From a virus (Duplodnaviria; Caudoviricetes), in IMG/VR virus record IMGVR_UViG_3300016478_000173, positions 1 through 24,521 of that record: a stretch of 24,521 nucleotides of DNA. The stretch is one strand, 5' to 3'. A program made the position numbers and the translations under genes. This document shows, piece by piece, positions 1 to 9,200 of this stretch. How positions within the stretch are numbered: position 1 is the first letter of the stretch; every line of letters starts with the position of its first letter. A model generated the notes under the pieces. The model searched no databases. It saw only the letters and a program-made list of their open reading frames with translations, and was not told where the DNA came from.

Positions 1-1583
1 CCGTAGACGCCCGAGGCGTTCATTTCATTCAGGTACGGAGACTGGCGACCATTCTCGCGCTTGGCGCGCTCGATGAAGCCGGTACCGCGCTCATAGGTGA
101 CGGTGGTGGTGTAGCCACGGAACGGCAGGAAGTTGTGGTCAACACGGGTCGCGTAATACGACCCCTTCATCCCGCCACGAGAGATATCGATGTACATGCC
201 GGCACGAATCCGCTCGTTGCCCTTCAGCACAAGCCGACCAGACTCGAACACCACGTTATCGCGGTTCTGCTTGACCAGCGTCTCGCGCCGGCGATCCAGC
301 CAGTCGATCAACGTGCCGCGCTTGGCCGTGAGCTCGGTGCCGCGCTTGCCGTCGAAACGGTAGCCCTGGTTGGTCTGCAGCTCCATGATCCGGATGCCGT
401 AGAGCGTCGGGTCGCAGTTGCGGTAGTCCTGAATGAAATAGGACTCAGGGCGGTTACCGGCGGCCTGCAGCTTGAGGGTCGACATATCCGACAGGGAATA
501 GCTGGGATTGTTCACCCAGAAATAGTTCGCCGTGTTTGCATCCGAGCGACCGCTCGACAACGACACTACGTCGTCATCGGTGAGCGCAATCCGGCGGACC
601 CCAAGCCCCTGCGTCAGGCCATGGCCGGTGGTGTCGAATACCTCGCCCTGCTTCTGGATTTCCTCACCGCCGGCGCCATAGAACGGGTTAGGCCGATACA
701 CCAGCGTGACCCCCTCCTCCCGGTCCTCCAGGTACAGCTCATTCCAAGGCCCGACATCACCAAAGAAGGACATCATCTGGTACAGGGCACCACCAGAGAA
801 ACTGTTCACGCCGAAGGGCGAGATGACGCCCTCGCTGACGGTGAGGTCAAAGACGCTGACCTCCTCGATAGGAGACTCCAGCGTGCCGCCAGCGCCGAAC
901 AAGCCAGTGGTCCGCATCTGCTCGATAAACTTATTCAGCACCATGTGCGTGACCTCGAACATAAACTCGTTCGGGGAAAACTCGTTCGAACTGTTGACGC
1001 CGTAGTTCTGGGCAAACTTGAGGAAGGTCAGCAGATCCTGGCCCATCACGTAGTTGGCAAAATATCGAATTTGCAGGATTTGCCACAGCTTCCCGTAGTC
1101 CTGGCCACTGATCTGAATTGCCCGGGCAGGAGAGCCGTCAGGAGAGATGACCTCCGTGCGGTTCACCGACGAGACGAAGCCGCGCATAACGATCGGCAGC
1201 TTCTGCGGCAGGCGCTGGTACTCCTTCACGAAGTCCGGATGGGTCGGAGCATGCGCCATGCGAATCTCGATGACATCCATGGGCTCGATCAAACCGTACA
1301 GCGACTCCATCTGAGAGTTGGTGCCCATGAACATCCGGTCAGCCAATGTCACGTTGAAGCCACCCGCCGGCTCCCGAACTCCCTTGCTGACGTTGACAGA
1401 CCCGGCCTCACCAAGGAACGGGGTCAGGTCGATAACCGAATCCGTGCCCTTGAAGCGGCCAGAAGCAGGAGCAGAAGCCCCCAGGCCGTCACCACCAGCC
1501 ACAGAATCGCGGCCGACGTTCTTCTTCAGCAGGACGCTGATCTTCGGGTGGTAAACAGGGACCTGCGTAGATTGGATCGGCAT
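1..1583 (-). CDS. Baseplate hub / central tail protein (gp27/VgrG-like), partial, runs off the left edge
   Basis: Not in the ORF track because there is no stop in the window. ATG at 1583 reads MPIQSTQVPVYHPKISVLLKKNVGR...IDLTPFLGEAGSVNVSKGVREPAGGFNVTLADR; the same frame at the left edge reads ERGTGFIERAKRENGRQSPYLNEMNASGVY. It lies just downstream of the tape measure. The hub call rests on position and general sequence character. Confidence 0.7.
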   Translation of the reverse strand, partial: MPIQSTQVPVYHPKISVLLKKNVGRDSVAGGDGLGASAPASGRFKGTDSVIDLTPFLGEAGSVNVSKGVREPAGGFNVTLADRMFMGTNSQMESLYGLIEPMDVIEIRMAHAPTHPDFVKEYQRLPQKLPIVMRGFVSSVNRTEVISPDGSPARAIQISGQDYGKLWQILQIRYFANYVMGQDLLTFLKFAQNYGVNSSNEFSPNEFMFEVTHMVLNKFIEQMRTTGLFGAGGTLESPIEEVSVFDLTVSEGVISPFGVNSFSGGALYQMMSFFGDVGPWNELYLEDREEGVTLVYRPNPFYGAGGEEIQKQGEVFDTTGHGLTQGLGVRRIALTDDDVVSLSSGRSDANTANYFWVNNPSYSLSDMSTLKLQAAGNRPESYFIQDYRNCDPTLYGIRIMELQTNQGYRFDGKRGTELTAKRGTLIDWLDRRRETLVKQNRDNVVFESGRLVLKGNERIRAGMYIDISRGGMKGSYYATRVDHNFLPFRGYTTTVTYERGTGFIERAKRENGRQSPYLNEMNASGVY

Positions 1584-1599
1584 GTATTCAGCTCAGCAA

Positions 1600-4437
1600 T
1601 CAGGTGCGACCAGCGCCAGCGGCAACGGGTAGCTTGACGGAAGTCTGCGCCTCCACCGGATCCGCACGATCGATGCCGTGGAAATCACGCAGGGTGAACG
1701 CGCCCTCAACACGAGCAACGATCGGCTGGCCATTAGGACTGCCGGCCGGATTGCCAGCCGGAATATTACCCGAAAGCGAGTCGGCATTTGCGCGCGAAAG
1801 GATGCTCGGGACGTAGGCCTGCGTTTCCTGCGGCAGGTACGACAGCCAGTCACTGCCGCCGGCGGCGATCGCCTTGTGCACGTTGCCAGGGCCGGCATTG
1901 TACGCAGCAAGGGCCTTGCGCTTGTCGCCTCCGAACTCCTTTAGCATGGCGTTCAGGTAGTCACGGCCAAAGCGCATGTGCTCAGCCTCGGAGTCGTTCT
2001 GCAGAGGCTTGACGCCGTAGCCTGGATCAACCCCTGTGCCAGGCATGATCTGAGCAATCCCGCGAGCACCCTTACCGGACTGCAGCAGCTTGCCGTCCTT
2101 GCCGTAGTGGTTACCGCCGCTCTCCTGCATGATCATCGCCTTGACCAGGCCGTCAGGAGCGGCACCAGACGAAGCCTGCTCACCAGGGGTCTGCGGCACA
2201 TCCTCGAAGGTGATCGGCTCGCGCACGCCGGCAGAGCCCGGCAGCTCACCATCACGGCCACGCATGCGCTCGAGCGCGGCATCCGCCGGAGAGCTGGCAG
2301 CACCGCGCTTCTTGAACTCGATGAAGTCAGACTCCTCACGCTCGAACTGGTAGCGCTCGGCCTCCTGCCGCTGAGCAATATCGCGCTCAACCATAGCTCG
2401 CATTTGCGGGCTGGCGTTTCGCTTGTCGGCATTCTCGCGACTTACCCGGAGCTCCTCAGCGTGACGGGCCTCCATATCGCGCCGGCGAGCCTCGTGACCA
2501 CCCATGCCCTCAGCCAGAGCTTGATTCTTGGCATATTCCGACTCGGGCGCCAGCGCGCGCGCCATGGCCACCACGGCATCCTGAATGGCGGTGATGGCAG
2601 GCAGGACCGCGCCACCGATATCCGTCAGGGTGTTATGCAGGGCATTGACCGCGTCTCGGGTTTCGGTACCGGCATTCGCCTCCTGCTCGCGTACAGCAAC
2701 AGCCTTGAGCATGACCTCGCGCAGCGCAGACATATCGCCATCGGCCAGCTTGGCCTGAATATCGTTGCGCTCCTTGTCGGTCAGGTCAGATCGCTTAGAG
2801 AGCCGCTCGGCCATCTTCTTAAGGTCTTCATCACTGGCGGTCGAGATGCGAGCAGCACCAGCAATGCCAGAGGCGCTCAGCTTGCCGATATCGTCCCCGA
2901 CAGCACTCTGCAGACCAGTCAGTTCCTTGCGGTCCAGGTTCGACAAGGCAGCGGCCTGGCCGTAGCTGCTCAGGCCGAAGTAGTTCTTGATGGCGTCCAG
3001 CTTGAGCGAGCTGCCGCCGTACTGCCGGTCCATTTCGTCCATCACCAGGGACAGGTTGTCCTTTCCAGTGAAGGACGGAAGGTCTATCCCGTTTTTGCCA
3101 GCAAACTCGCGCACGGCAGAGGAGACGCCGGAGCCAAACGCGCCCTGCTCGAGCACAGCCTTGGCCATGATCGGGTCGAGGTTCGGCATTGCGCGCGACA
3201 GGGCGCCATACGAGAAGTTGAGGCCAGCCTCACCCATGCCACCACCGCCACGGATAGCGTTATCCACGCTCATCAGCAGCGCCGCAGCGTTGCTCGGGTC
3301 GCCCTTCAGGCCGATATCGTTCGAGGAGGTCAGGCCAGCCAGCGCTCCGCCAAAGCCGGCGACGTTGCCAGAGGACAGCGCCAGGCGAGCCACCTGCGAG
3401 CTGAACGAGGCAACAGCATTAAGCACCTCGCCAGCCTTGCCAGTGGTCTGCCCGCGCTCGATCGCCTCAGCGATCAGCATGGCGAACTTGCGGCCGTCGC
3501 GATCGTCGGTCTTGATCTGGCCCTGGTGGCGCATCTGCGCCATGAAGCTCACGCCCTCAGAGAGGTCCAGGCCGTAGGCACGGGACAGGCCGAAGCCGGT
3601 GCGCAGGTTGCCCTGAATGTCGCCGCCGTCGCCGTTGGCTACCTCGACGTAGTGCTTACCAAGAGCCGCAGCCTCGGTGTACAGCACGCCAAGGCCCTCA
3701 CCAGAGGCGCGGACTTTCGCGCGCAGGTCGTCAAAGCCCTGCGTCAGGTCGTTGGATTTGCGCAGCAGCTGGTCGGTGGTGGTGGCCTCCTGGCGAGCCA
3801 AGTCAACAGCACGGCCAGCCATGGCCATGAGGCTGGTCACGCCAGCCAGGGCAAGGCCGGCGGCAGCCACACCCTTGATCGACATGGCGCCACGGTATGC
3901 CATACCGCCCCAATTGCGCCCCTCACTCGGAGTGCCAGGCGCACCAGTGCCCGAGCCACCGCCATGACCGCCAGACCCGCCACCATGGCCGTGGCCACCA
4001 GCAGGAACAGGGAAGGCCATGCCAGCATTGCCGCCAACCAGGCCCATCACATGACGGCGGTACCGCTCAGCATCACCGGGACGGACAAACATCTGGTTGT
4101 TGCCAGCGTGCCAAGCCTCGAACGAGTCGAAGCTGCGCAGCCGGGAGGTCCCACCGATGCTCTTGTTATTGCGGATTTTGTCGAAGCTGCGCAGAAAGGC
4201 GTCGGCCTGCTTCGGGTCGATCGCCTTGCCCATTTCCTTTGACAGGATCCTGGCAACAGCCTCCAGGCGCTTTGCCGAGTATTCGATGCGCTGCAGGCCG
4301 GCGGAAGCCTTCTCACCAGCCTTGCCGACCTGCTCGACGCTCTTCGCTACATCGGCGACCGACTGATCAATCTGACCCAGACCAGCATCGACACCGCTGA
4401 CGTTGGCATCAACGCCGATCTGCACCTTATTGGTCAT
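1600..4437 (-). CDS. Tail tape measure protein with C-terminal lytic transglycosylase (SLT) domain
   Basis: 945 aa, Ala/Gly-rich, follows the tail chaperones. SLT motifs: MIMQESGG (catalytic Glu), GARGIAQIMPGT, ALAAYNAGPGNV, LPQETQAYV. Confidence 0.9.
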   Translation of the reverse strand: MTNKVQIGVDANVSGVDAGLGQIDQSVADVAKSVEQVGKAGEKASAGLQRIEYSAKRLEAVARILSKEMGKAIDPKQADAFLRSFDKIRNNKSIGGTSRLRSFDSFEAWHAGNNQMFVRPGDAERYRRHVMGLVGGNAGMAFPVPAGGHGHGGGSGGHGGGSGTGAPGTPSEGRNWGGMAYRGAMSIKGVAAAGLALAGVTSLMAMAGRAVDLARQEATTTDQLLRKSNDLTQGFDDLRAKVRASGEGLGVLYTEAAALGKHYVEVANGDGGDIQGNLRTGFGLSRAYGLDLSEGVSFMAQMRHQGQIKTDDRDGRKFAMLIAEAIERGQTTGKAGEVLNAVASFSSQVARLALSSGNVAGFGGALAGLTSSNDIGLKGDPSNAAALLMSVDNAIRGGGGMGEAGLNFSYGALSRAMPNLDPIMAKAVLEQGAFGSGVSSAVREFAGKNGIDLPSFTGKDNLSLVMDEMDRQYGGSSLKLDAIKNYFGLSSYGQAAALSNLDRKELTGLQSAVGDDIGKLSASGIAGAARISTASDEDLKKMAERLSKRSDLTDKERNDIQAKLADGDMSALREVMLKAVAVREQEANAGTETRDAVNALHNTLTDIGGAVLPAITAIQDAVVAMARALAPESEYAKNQALAEGMGGHEARRRDMEARHAEELRVSRENADKRNASPQMRAMVERDIAQRQEAERYQFEREESDFIEFKKRGAASSPADAALERMRGRDGELPGSAGVREPITFEDVPQTPGEQASSGAAPDGLVKAMIMQESGGNHYGKDGKLLQSGKGARGIAQIMPGTGVDPGYGVKPLQNDSEAEHMRFGRDYLNAMLKEFGGDKRKALAAYNAGPGNVHKAIAAGGSDWLSYLPQETQAYVPSILSRANADSLSGNIPAGNPAGSPNGQPIVARVEGAFTLRDFHGIDRADPVEAQTSVKLPVAAGAGRT

Positions 4438-4711
4438 TCAGGTCTACCTCTTCCCAATCATCATCGCCTGCCTCGCTGGCAATCTTCTCCAGCTCGGCCT
4501 GCATATCGAAGTCGTCGTCTTCGACTTCTTCAGCCACGCCATTATCGGCGTAGTGGTGAGCCCAGTATTCAGCCATGAGCTCGTCCTGAGTCAGGCTCAG
4601 GTATCGCGGGTCATTCGGCGGGAGACTGTACTTCCGCCGGAACCAGAAGCCGATCGTCTTCGCTGTTTCCCGAGCTTGCGCCTTGGCCAGCTTCTCCCGG
4701 CTTTCTACGAA
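4427..4711 (-). CDS. Tail assembly chaperone, downstream (GT-like) segment, probably expressed by +1 frameshift
   Basis: Frame reads FVESREKLAK...FWFRRKYSLPPNDPRYLSLTQDELMAEYWAHHY plus an acidic tail. It overlaps the upstream chaperone in the +1 frame, sits just before the tape measure, and has no convincing start of its own. Confidence 0.75.
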   Translation of the reverse strand, partial: FVESREKLAKAQARETAKTIGFWFRRKYSLPPNDPRYLSLTQDELMAEYWAHHYADNGVAEEVEDDDFDMQAELEKIASEAGDDDWEEVDLNDQ

Positions 4712-5012
4712 AGGATTCCTCCTTTTCTCGCAACCCCACATATACCCGGCTGATTTGATCGAAGGTGTCCGGGTCCAGCGGGTCCAGCTCCTCAAGTTTC
4801 CAGTTCAGGGGAGCGGCAACCATCAGCACACGCAACGCAGACATCCAGACAGCCAGGTTATAGAGCCAGTTGGTCGGGGCCTCGTTGCCATCAATGATGC
4901 GGGAGTGCTCAGCCTGAATGCGGAGCTCGTCGCCGAGCGTGCGCTTGGCGAAGGTGAAGGCACCCAGGCCTTCTACTTGGACAACAAAATCCGTGGCGCT
5001 TGGTTTACGCAT
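4611..5012 (-). CDS. Tail assembly chaperone (G-like)
   Basis: 133 aa between tube and tape measure; AGGA precedes the ATG; contains ...EKEESFR at the putative shift site. Confidence 0.8.
   Translation of the reverse strand: MRKPSATDFVVQVEGLGAFTFAKRTLGDELRIQAEHSRIIDGNEAPTNWLYNLAVWMSALRVLMVAAPLNWKLEELDPLDPDTFDQISRVYVGLREKEESFRRKPGEAGQGASSGNSEDDRLLVPAEVQSPAE
4707..4715 (-). other. Putative +1 programmed ribosomal frameshift site UCC_UUU_CGU
   Basis: In-frame codons 100-102 of the chaperone are TCC TTT CGT. A UUU to UUC slip enters the frame of the downstream chaperone segment. Confidence 0.65.
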
Positions 5013-5029
5013 GGTCAGTATTCCTGGTC

Positions 5030-5062
5030 AAAAGAAGGGGGAAGGCGCCCCGAAGGGCGCCT
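5030..5062 (-). terminator. Hairpin / partial intrinsic terminator after the tail tube gene
   Basis: Minus strand AGGCGCCC-TTCG-GGGCGCCT (cUUCGg tetraloop, 5043-5062), followed by TCCCCCTTCTTTT. Confidence 0.65.
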
Positions 5063-5068
5063 CTTGGA

Positions 5069-5491
5069 TCAACCGCCGGTGCCAGTCACATCCAGGGCAT
5101 TGAACATGCCGTTGGCCATGACGATGGCGTGCTTCTGGACGTCCAGCGAGCCAGAGGCATACGAGCAGCCGATGTACTTACGGATCAGGCCGCCGTCGTC
5201 CTTCGACAGGACCTCGATATCGAACACCAGGCCGCGCAGGATATCGTCGCCGTTTTCGACAGCGATACCGGCAGCGCGCATGTTGCCCTTGTTGAGGACC
5301 ATGCTGGAGACGTTCAGCGAGTGACGCGCCATGGTTGGCACGTACTCCGTCACATGGATATCGCCGATGCCCGAAGCGGGCTCCGGCGCATAGTCGTCGT
5401 TCATGCTGACGGACTGCATCAGTCCGATCTGCTTGCCGTCGAACACAACCACGATCCGGTTACCGGAGCGGGTCTGCAGGTTCTGCTTCAT
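5069..5491 (-). CDS. Tail tube protein
   Basis: 140 aa directly after the sheath. The pattern QTRSGNRIVVVFDGKQIGLMQS...YAPEPASGIGDIHVTEYVP resembles recalled myovirus (Twort/K-like) tube proteins. Confidence 0.85.
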   Translation of the reverse strand: MKQNLQTRSGNRIVVVFDGKQIGLMQSVSMNDDYAPEPASGIGDIHVTEYVPTMARHSLNVSSMVLNKGNMRAAGIAVENGDDILRGLVFDIEVLSKDDGGLIRKYIGCSYASGSLDVQKHAIVMANGMFNALDVTGTGG

Positions 5492-5502
5492 GGATCAGCT
5501 CC

Positions 5503-7221
5503 TTACGCAGACGCGGTGCCGGAGTACGGCACGGCGAAGATGGTGACAGGGATGTAGTTCACCGGAATCACCGGAGAGCACTGGAACTCGACCCGCAGCA
5601 CATCGCCCTCGATCGAAGCGGTGATGTTCTTGTAGGGCGGGTTCGCCTCATCGCCAGCCAGGACGCCTGGGCCTTGCGGCTCCTGACGAGCGAGCTCGCG
5701 CAGGGTGCTCTCGGAGATGTTCACGGCACGAGCCAGAGTGATCTGGTTAGCCTTCTCACCACGCAGGGAGTCCAGCGCATTGCGAATGTTGCGAGACACG
5801 AAGTCCAGCGCCACGCCAACAGAAACCTCGACACGGTTGTAGTTGTCGCTGATCAGCCAGGTGGTGATCGACTGCACAACCTTGTAACCGGTAGCGGTAT
5901 CTTCGACGCACAGCAGGCCGCCGGTAATCAGACGATCGGTGTCGGTCGGATTGCGCAGCTTGCGCTCCAGGCCGCGCACTTTCAGCGCCTTGTTGGTCAG
6001 GGCGGTGCCAGGGTTCGAGCCAGAGAACGCGCCAGCCAGCAGGGCAGCCAGGATATAGGGCTCGTACAGCTTCAGCGCGCCGTTGGCGTCGTAGTCGTAG
6101 AAGCCCAGGTGCACCAGGGAGGTACGGTCGCTGTTCAGGGCCTTTGCCTTGACCAGACCATCGTCATCCGAGGTCGCCAGGGCGGTACCGCAGATAGCAC
6201 GACGCTCCATCCGCGCCACGTTGCTCATGTACGCAACATGGCTGTCAGCCATGGCGTGAATGGCATCCGAGCCGGACAGCGGAACGACCCACTGGCAATC
6301 CACAGACTGCAGCACTTCATCGAAGGCGTCCGACCATTCCTGGTTGGTAACCACGCCATCGCTGCCGCCGGCCAGATAGGTCCAGTTCATAGCAGCGGGC
6401 GGTTTGCCGGCACCAGGAACGCGGGTGGCAGTCACAAAACCTTCAGCCTGGCCATTGAACCAGTCCACAGCGGCCTGCAGATCAGCTGTCACGGTGAAGG
6501 CGGTGGTCTTCACATCCTGCGCAACCAGATAATCCAGGCCGTTCAGGGTGGCAGCGTTTGCATTGCCATCCGCCACCGAGGCCGCGAAGCCTGGCAGGGT
6601 GTTGATGCGATCGACCACCTGCTGAACGGTCGGGAAGGCGTTCAGGTCGATATCGGCAACGGTGCTGCCGGACGGGGCCTGCAGGATTACCTGGTCGCCA
6701 TCGATGGTCAGCACCGCAGAGGCCTCGGCACCGGTGTAATGCACGGTGAAGGCGTTACGGTAGACGTCATCTTTGACGTAGTAGTCATCGCCGAGCTGGG
6801 TGGACAGCTTCACGCCACGATTGGTGCCGGCCTCGACCTTGACCTTGATCTGGTTGGTGTACAGACCGTAGTCGGTGGACTTCAGCGTGATCACATCAGT
6901 AGCGGCAGCTCTCTTCAGAATCAGCGAAGCCTGCACCGCAGGGTTCACGCGAACGAAGACCACCTCCGCCGGAGCGCCAGTCTGAGCAGAAGGATCGAAG
7001 GCCTTCTCCACAGCTTTCAAGCCCTCACCACCACGCAGCAGGGCGCGGGCCTGCGACGGGCTGCCGATGCGAATGGCAGTACCCGGTGCACCACCCTCCG
7101 AGCGGCCGACTAGGGCAAGCACATTACCCACGGAAAGACCACGGTTGAACATGGCCGAGTCGTCGACCTTGCTCATGGTTGCCGGGCTGATCCACAGCCG
7201 GCCATCAAAGAATACAGGCAT
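5503..7221 (-). CDS. Contractile tail sheath protein
   Basis: 572 aa; N-terminal LALVGRSEGGAPG, LAGGSDG, C-terminal VEFQCSPVIPVNYIPVTI; GAGGA RBS. Confidence 0.93.
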   Translation of the reverse strand: MPVFFDGRLWISPATMSKVDDSAMFNRGLSVGNVLALVGRSEGGAPGTAIRIGSPSQARALLRGGEGLKAVEKAFDPSAQTGAPAEVVFVRVNPAVQASLILKRAAATDVITLKSTDYGLYTNQIKVKVEAGTNRGVKLSTQLGDDYYVKDDVYRNAFTVHYTGAEASAVLTIDGDQVILQAPSGSTVADIDLNAFPTVQQVVDRINTLPGFAASVADGNANAATLNGLDYLVAQDVKTTAFTVTADLQAAVDWFNGQAEGFVTATRVPGAGKPPAAMNWTYLAGGSDGVVTNQEWSDAFDEVLQSVDCQWVVPLSGSDAIHAMADSHVAYMSNVARMERRAICGTALATSDDDGLVKAKALNSDRTSLVHLGFYDYDANGALKLYEPYILAALLAGAFSGSNPGTALTNKALKVRGLERKLRNPTDTDRLITGGLLCVEDTATGYKVVQSITTWLISDNYNRVEVSVGVALDFVSRNIRNALDSLRGEKANQITLARAVNISESTLRELARQEPQGPGVLAGDEANPPYKNITASIEGDVLRVEFQCSPVIPVNYIPVTIFAVPYSGTASA

Positions 7222-7231
7222 CAGTCAGTCC

Positions 7232-7456
7232 TCAAGCCGGTTGCTGGGAGAAGGCCTGGTAGCGAGCGGAGTAGTTCGCCACCGTGTCCTTCAGTTTGCC
7301 GCTCGACTTCTCGGAAGCGTAAAAGCCACCGATCAGGGAGACGCGCTTGTCTTTCGTGGAAAGCTGCTTGCAGAACTCGTCCAGGGTCAGCGCGTAGCTG
7401 TCCTCGACGGGTTGAGCCGGAGCGGCCTGCTCGGTTTTGTCGGTGTTTTTGCTCAT
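7232..7456 (-). CDS. Small pre-sheath hypothetical protein (74 aa)
   Basis: ATG at 7456 with AAGGTGAGG RBS; MSKNTDK...LTLDEFCKQLS; fills the gap before the sheath. Confidence 0.8.
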   Translation of the reverse strand: MSKNTDKTEQAAPAQPVEDSYALTLDEFCKQLSTKDKRVSLIGGFYASEKSSGKLKDTVANYSARYQAFSQQPA

Positions 7457-7489
7457 GAGCCTCACCTTCGGTTTGAGAAAATCGCCGCT

Positions 7490-8323
7490 CTACGGCGTGT
7501 TGTTGGTTAAGGTGACGACGCGAATCGCACCCACCTGATCGCTCACGCGGACAGGAGCCAAACAGCTAAAGCTGCTCATCACCTGATAAACGGGAGCGCC
7601 GAACTCACCATTCACGGCATCAACGTCCTGCTGGGTCAGGTTGACCTGGATGATTCCGCGAGTGGCAAGAACTGGCATGTTGGCAATGATGATCCGGCGT
7701 ATGCACTTGCGGAGCTCGATCCGCTCGTCGCTGTTCAGCGACCAGGCCACGATCGTGAGCTGCACCTGCGCCAGCCAGCCCTCGGACTCGCTCCAGGCAA
7801 AGCCCTCAAGGTCGAATTCATCACCACTGATATCTTCGCCCAGGCCGCGCTCGGCCGACGTTTCGCTTTCCAGGTGAATGGTCACCAGCGGGAAACGAAG
7901 ATCGCGCTCGAGCGATGGCGGGGCGGTGTAAACCTGAATGAAGCCAGCATCCGGCAGCACGTTGCCACGCTGCACTTCGACCACCAGGCCAGCCTCGATG
8001 CGATCGCGCATGAACGAGAGCACATCGGTGGTGTTTTCCTGGTATGAGGCTGCCGGAGTGCCCAGCGCAGTCGCGCCAGCGGTCCAGACCGTGCCGTCGA
8101 AGTAGAAAGGCCGGTAGCAGACGGCGGCCCCATTCTGCAGCAATTCAGCGTCTACGATGACAGTATCATTGCCCTCGAAGACCAGCACAGCGGACGGGTC
8201 GTCGTAGGTGGTAAAGCTGTCGGTGGACTTTTTCAGCACGCGCCAATTCACAGCCCCGGCAGGCGGGGTCAGGAATAGCCGGATTGCATTACCGGCGGCG
8301 AGAGGCTGGACCATGCTGATCAT
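7490..8323 (-). CDS. Tail completion / tail terminator-like protein
   Basis: 277 aa, first gene of the tail operon. C-terminal FPLVTIHLESE...LTIVAWSLNSDERIELRK resembles tail terminator proteins; there is an extra beta-rich N-terminal segment. Confidence 0.65.
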   Translation of the reverse strand: MISMVQPLAAGNAIRLFLTPPAGAVNWRVLKKSTDSFTTYDDPSAVLVFEGNDTVIVDAELLQNGAAVCYRPFYFDGTVWTAGATALGTPAASYQENTTDVLSFMRDRIEAGLVVEVQRGNVLPDAGFIQVYTAPPSLERDLRFPLVTIHLESETSAERGLGEDISGDEFDLEGFAWSESEGWLAQVQLTIVAWSLNSDERIELRKCIRRIIIANMPVLATRGIIQVNLTQQDVDAVNGEFGAPVYQVMSSFSCLAPVRVSDQVGAIRVVTLTNNTP

Positions 8324-8346
8324 GCAGTCATGGTGCCGTCACGACA
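8324..8346 (-). promoter_or_regulatory. Conserved motif TCGTGAC-GG-CACCAT upstream of the tail operon (candidate late promoter)
   Basis: TGTCGTGAC GG CACCAT GACTGC ATG; 14 nt between heptamer and ATG, as in the three other copies. Confidence 0.75.
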
Positions 8347-8360
8347 GGCAGGGCGCGCAT

Positions 8361-8381
8361 TCGTGACGGCAGAATCAGGAC
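8361..8381 (+). promoter_or_regulatory. Conserved motif TCGTGAC-GG-CAGAAT upstream of the inverted neck gene
   Basis: TCGTGAC GG CAGAAT CAGGAC ATG; 14-nt spacing; forms an 11-bp inverted repeat with the divergent copy. Confidence 0.75.
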
Positions 8382-9200
8382 ATGGCTATGAAATTCGAAA
8401 TCAAGCTGGACATCAGCCCACTGCTGCAGGCGCACCAGGCGATCAACCGCCAGGTGTTCCCGCTCGTCAATCAGGCGGTCAAGGGCATTGCCCAGCAGAC
8501 CATGAATGACTGGCAGAAGGCCGTCCAGCACGCAAAGCTGTGGTCCGGCGAGAAGGATGCATACGCACAGTCGATTAGCTGGAAAATGACTGGCGACTTC
8601 AGCGCGATTGTCGAGGCCACATACCGCAGCGCGGAGGAGATCGAAAACGGTCGCCCGGCCCGCGACATGAAGCGGATGCTGAACTACAGCCTCAAGGTCC
8701 GCCAGAGCAAGGACGGCACCCGGTACCTGTACATTCCATTCAGGCACAACACCCCAGGCCACGGCGCGCACGCGATCGCCATGCCGGCGGACGTTTACGG
8801 CCTGGCGAAGAAGCTGGCACCCACTACAGTGACCGGCCAGGGCGAACGCCGCTCCGGTACCGGCGCGATGGACGTCAAGACCAAGGGATACCTGACTGTT
8901 CCCCAGAACACATACAAGTGGGGTGAGCGACTGTCGGCAGGCCTGCGCGAGAAGATGAAGCCGCACCATGCCACCGATATCTACGACGGCATGTACCGCT
9001 TTAACACCACCACCCCAGGCGGCAGCAAGAGCAGCCAGTACCTGACATTCAGGACCATGAGCGAGAAATCCAGCGGCTGGATCGTTCCACCTCAGCCAGG
9101 GCAGCACATCGCCCGAGGCGTCGCCCAGAAGATGCAGCCAAAGGCGACTGCCGCCTTCGCCGAGGCCATCAAACGGACCCTGGCAAAAGGCGGCTCCTGA
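8382..9200 (+). CDS. Neck / virion morphogenesis protein, inverted relative to the operon
   Basis: 272 aa, basic; AEEIENGRPARDMK, RYLYIPFRH and YLTFRTMSEKSSGWIVP resemble recalled myovirus neck proteins. It fills the gap between two minus-strand neck/tail genes exactly. Confidence 0.75.
   Translation: MAMKFEIKLDISPLLQAHQAINRQVFPLVNQAVKGIAQQTMNDWQKAVQHAKLWSGEKDAYAQSISWKMTGDFSAIVEATYRSAEEIENGRPARDMKRMLNYSLKVRQSKDGTRYLYIPFRHNTPGHGAHAIAMPADVYGLAKKLAPTTVTGQGERRSGTGAMDVKTKGYLTVPQNTYKWGERLSAGLREKMKPHHATDIYDGMYRFNTTTPGGSKSSQYLTFRTMSEKSSGWIVPPQPGQHIARGVAQKMQPKATAAFAEAIKRTLAKGGS

Noticed and set aside
135-1637. 500-aa + strand ORF
   Set aside because: Antisense shadow of the minus-strand hub-like gene; its composition is typical of the reverse complement of GC-biased codons.
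4712-4795. ORF-track N-terminus MRSWTRW... of the 122-aa ORF
   Set aside because: It lies wholly within the upstream chaperone with no clear RBS; frameshift entry explains the ORF better.
1-8323. Tailocin, eCIS or T6SS interpretation of the sheath/tube genes
   Set aside because: Intact-looking capsid, protease, scaffold and neck genes are adjacent, indicating a headed virion.
8328-9107. 259-aa minus-strand ORF that would keep the operon co-directional
   Set aside because: The + strand ORF has neck-protein motifs, a promoter motif and an exact fit; this one reads as its shadow.
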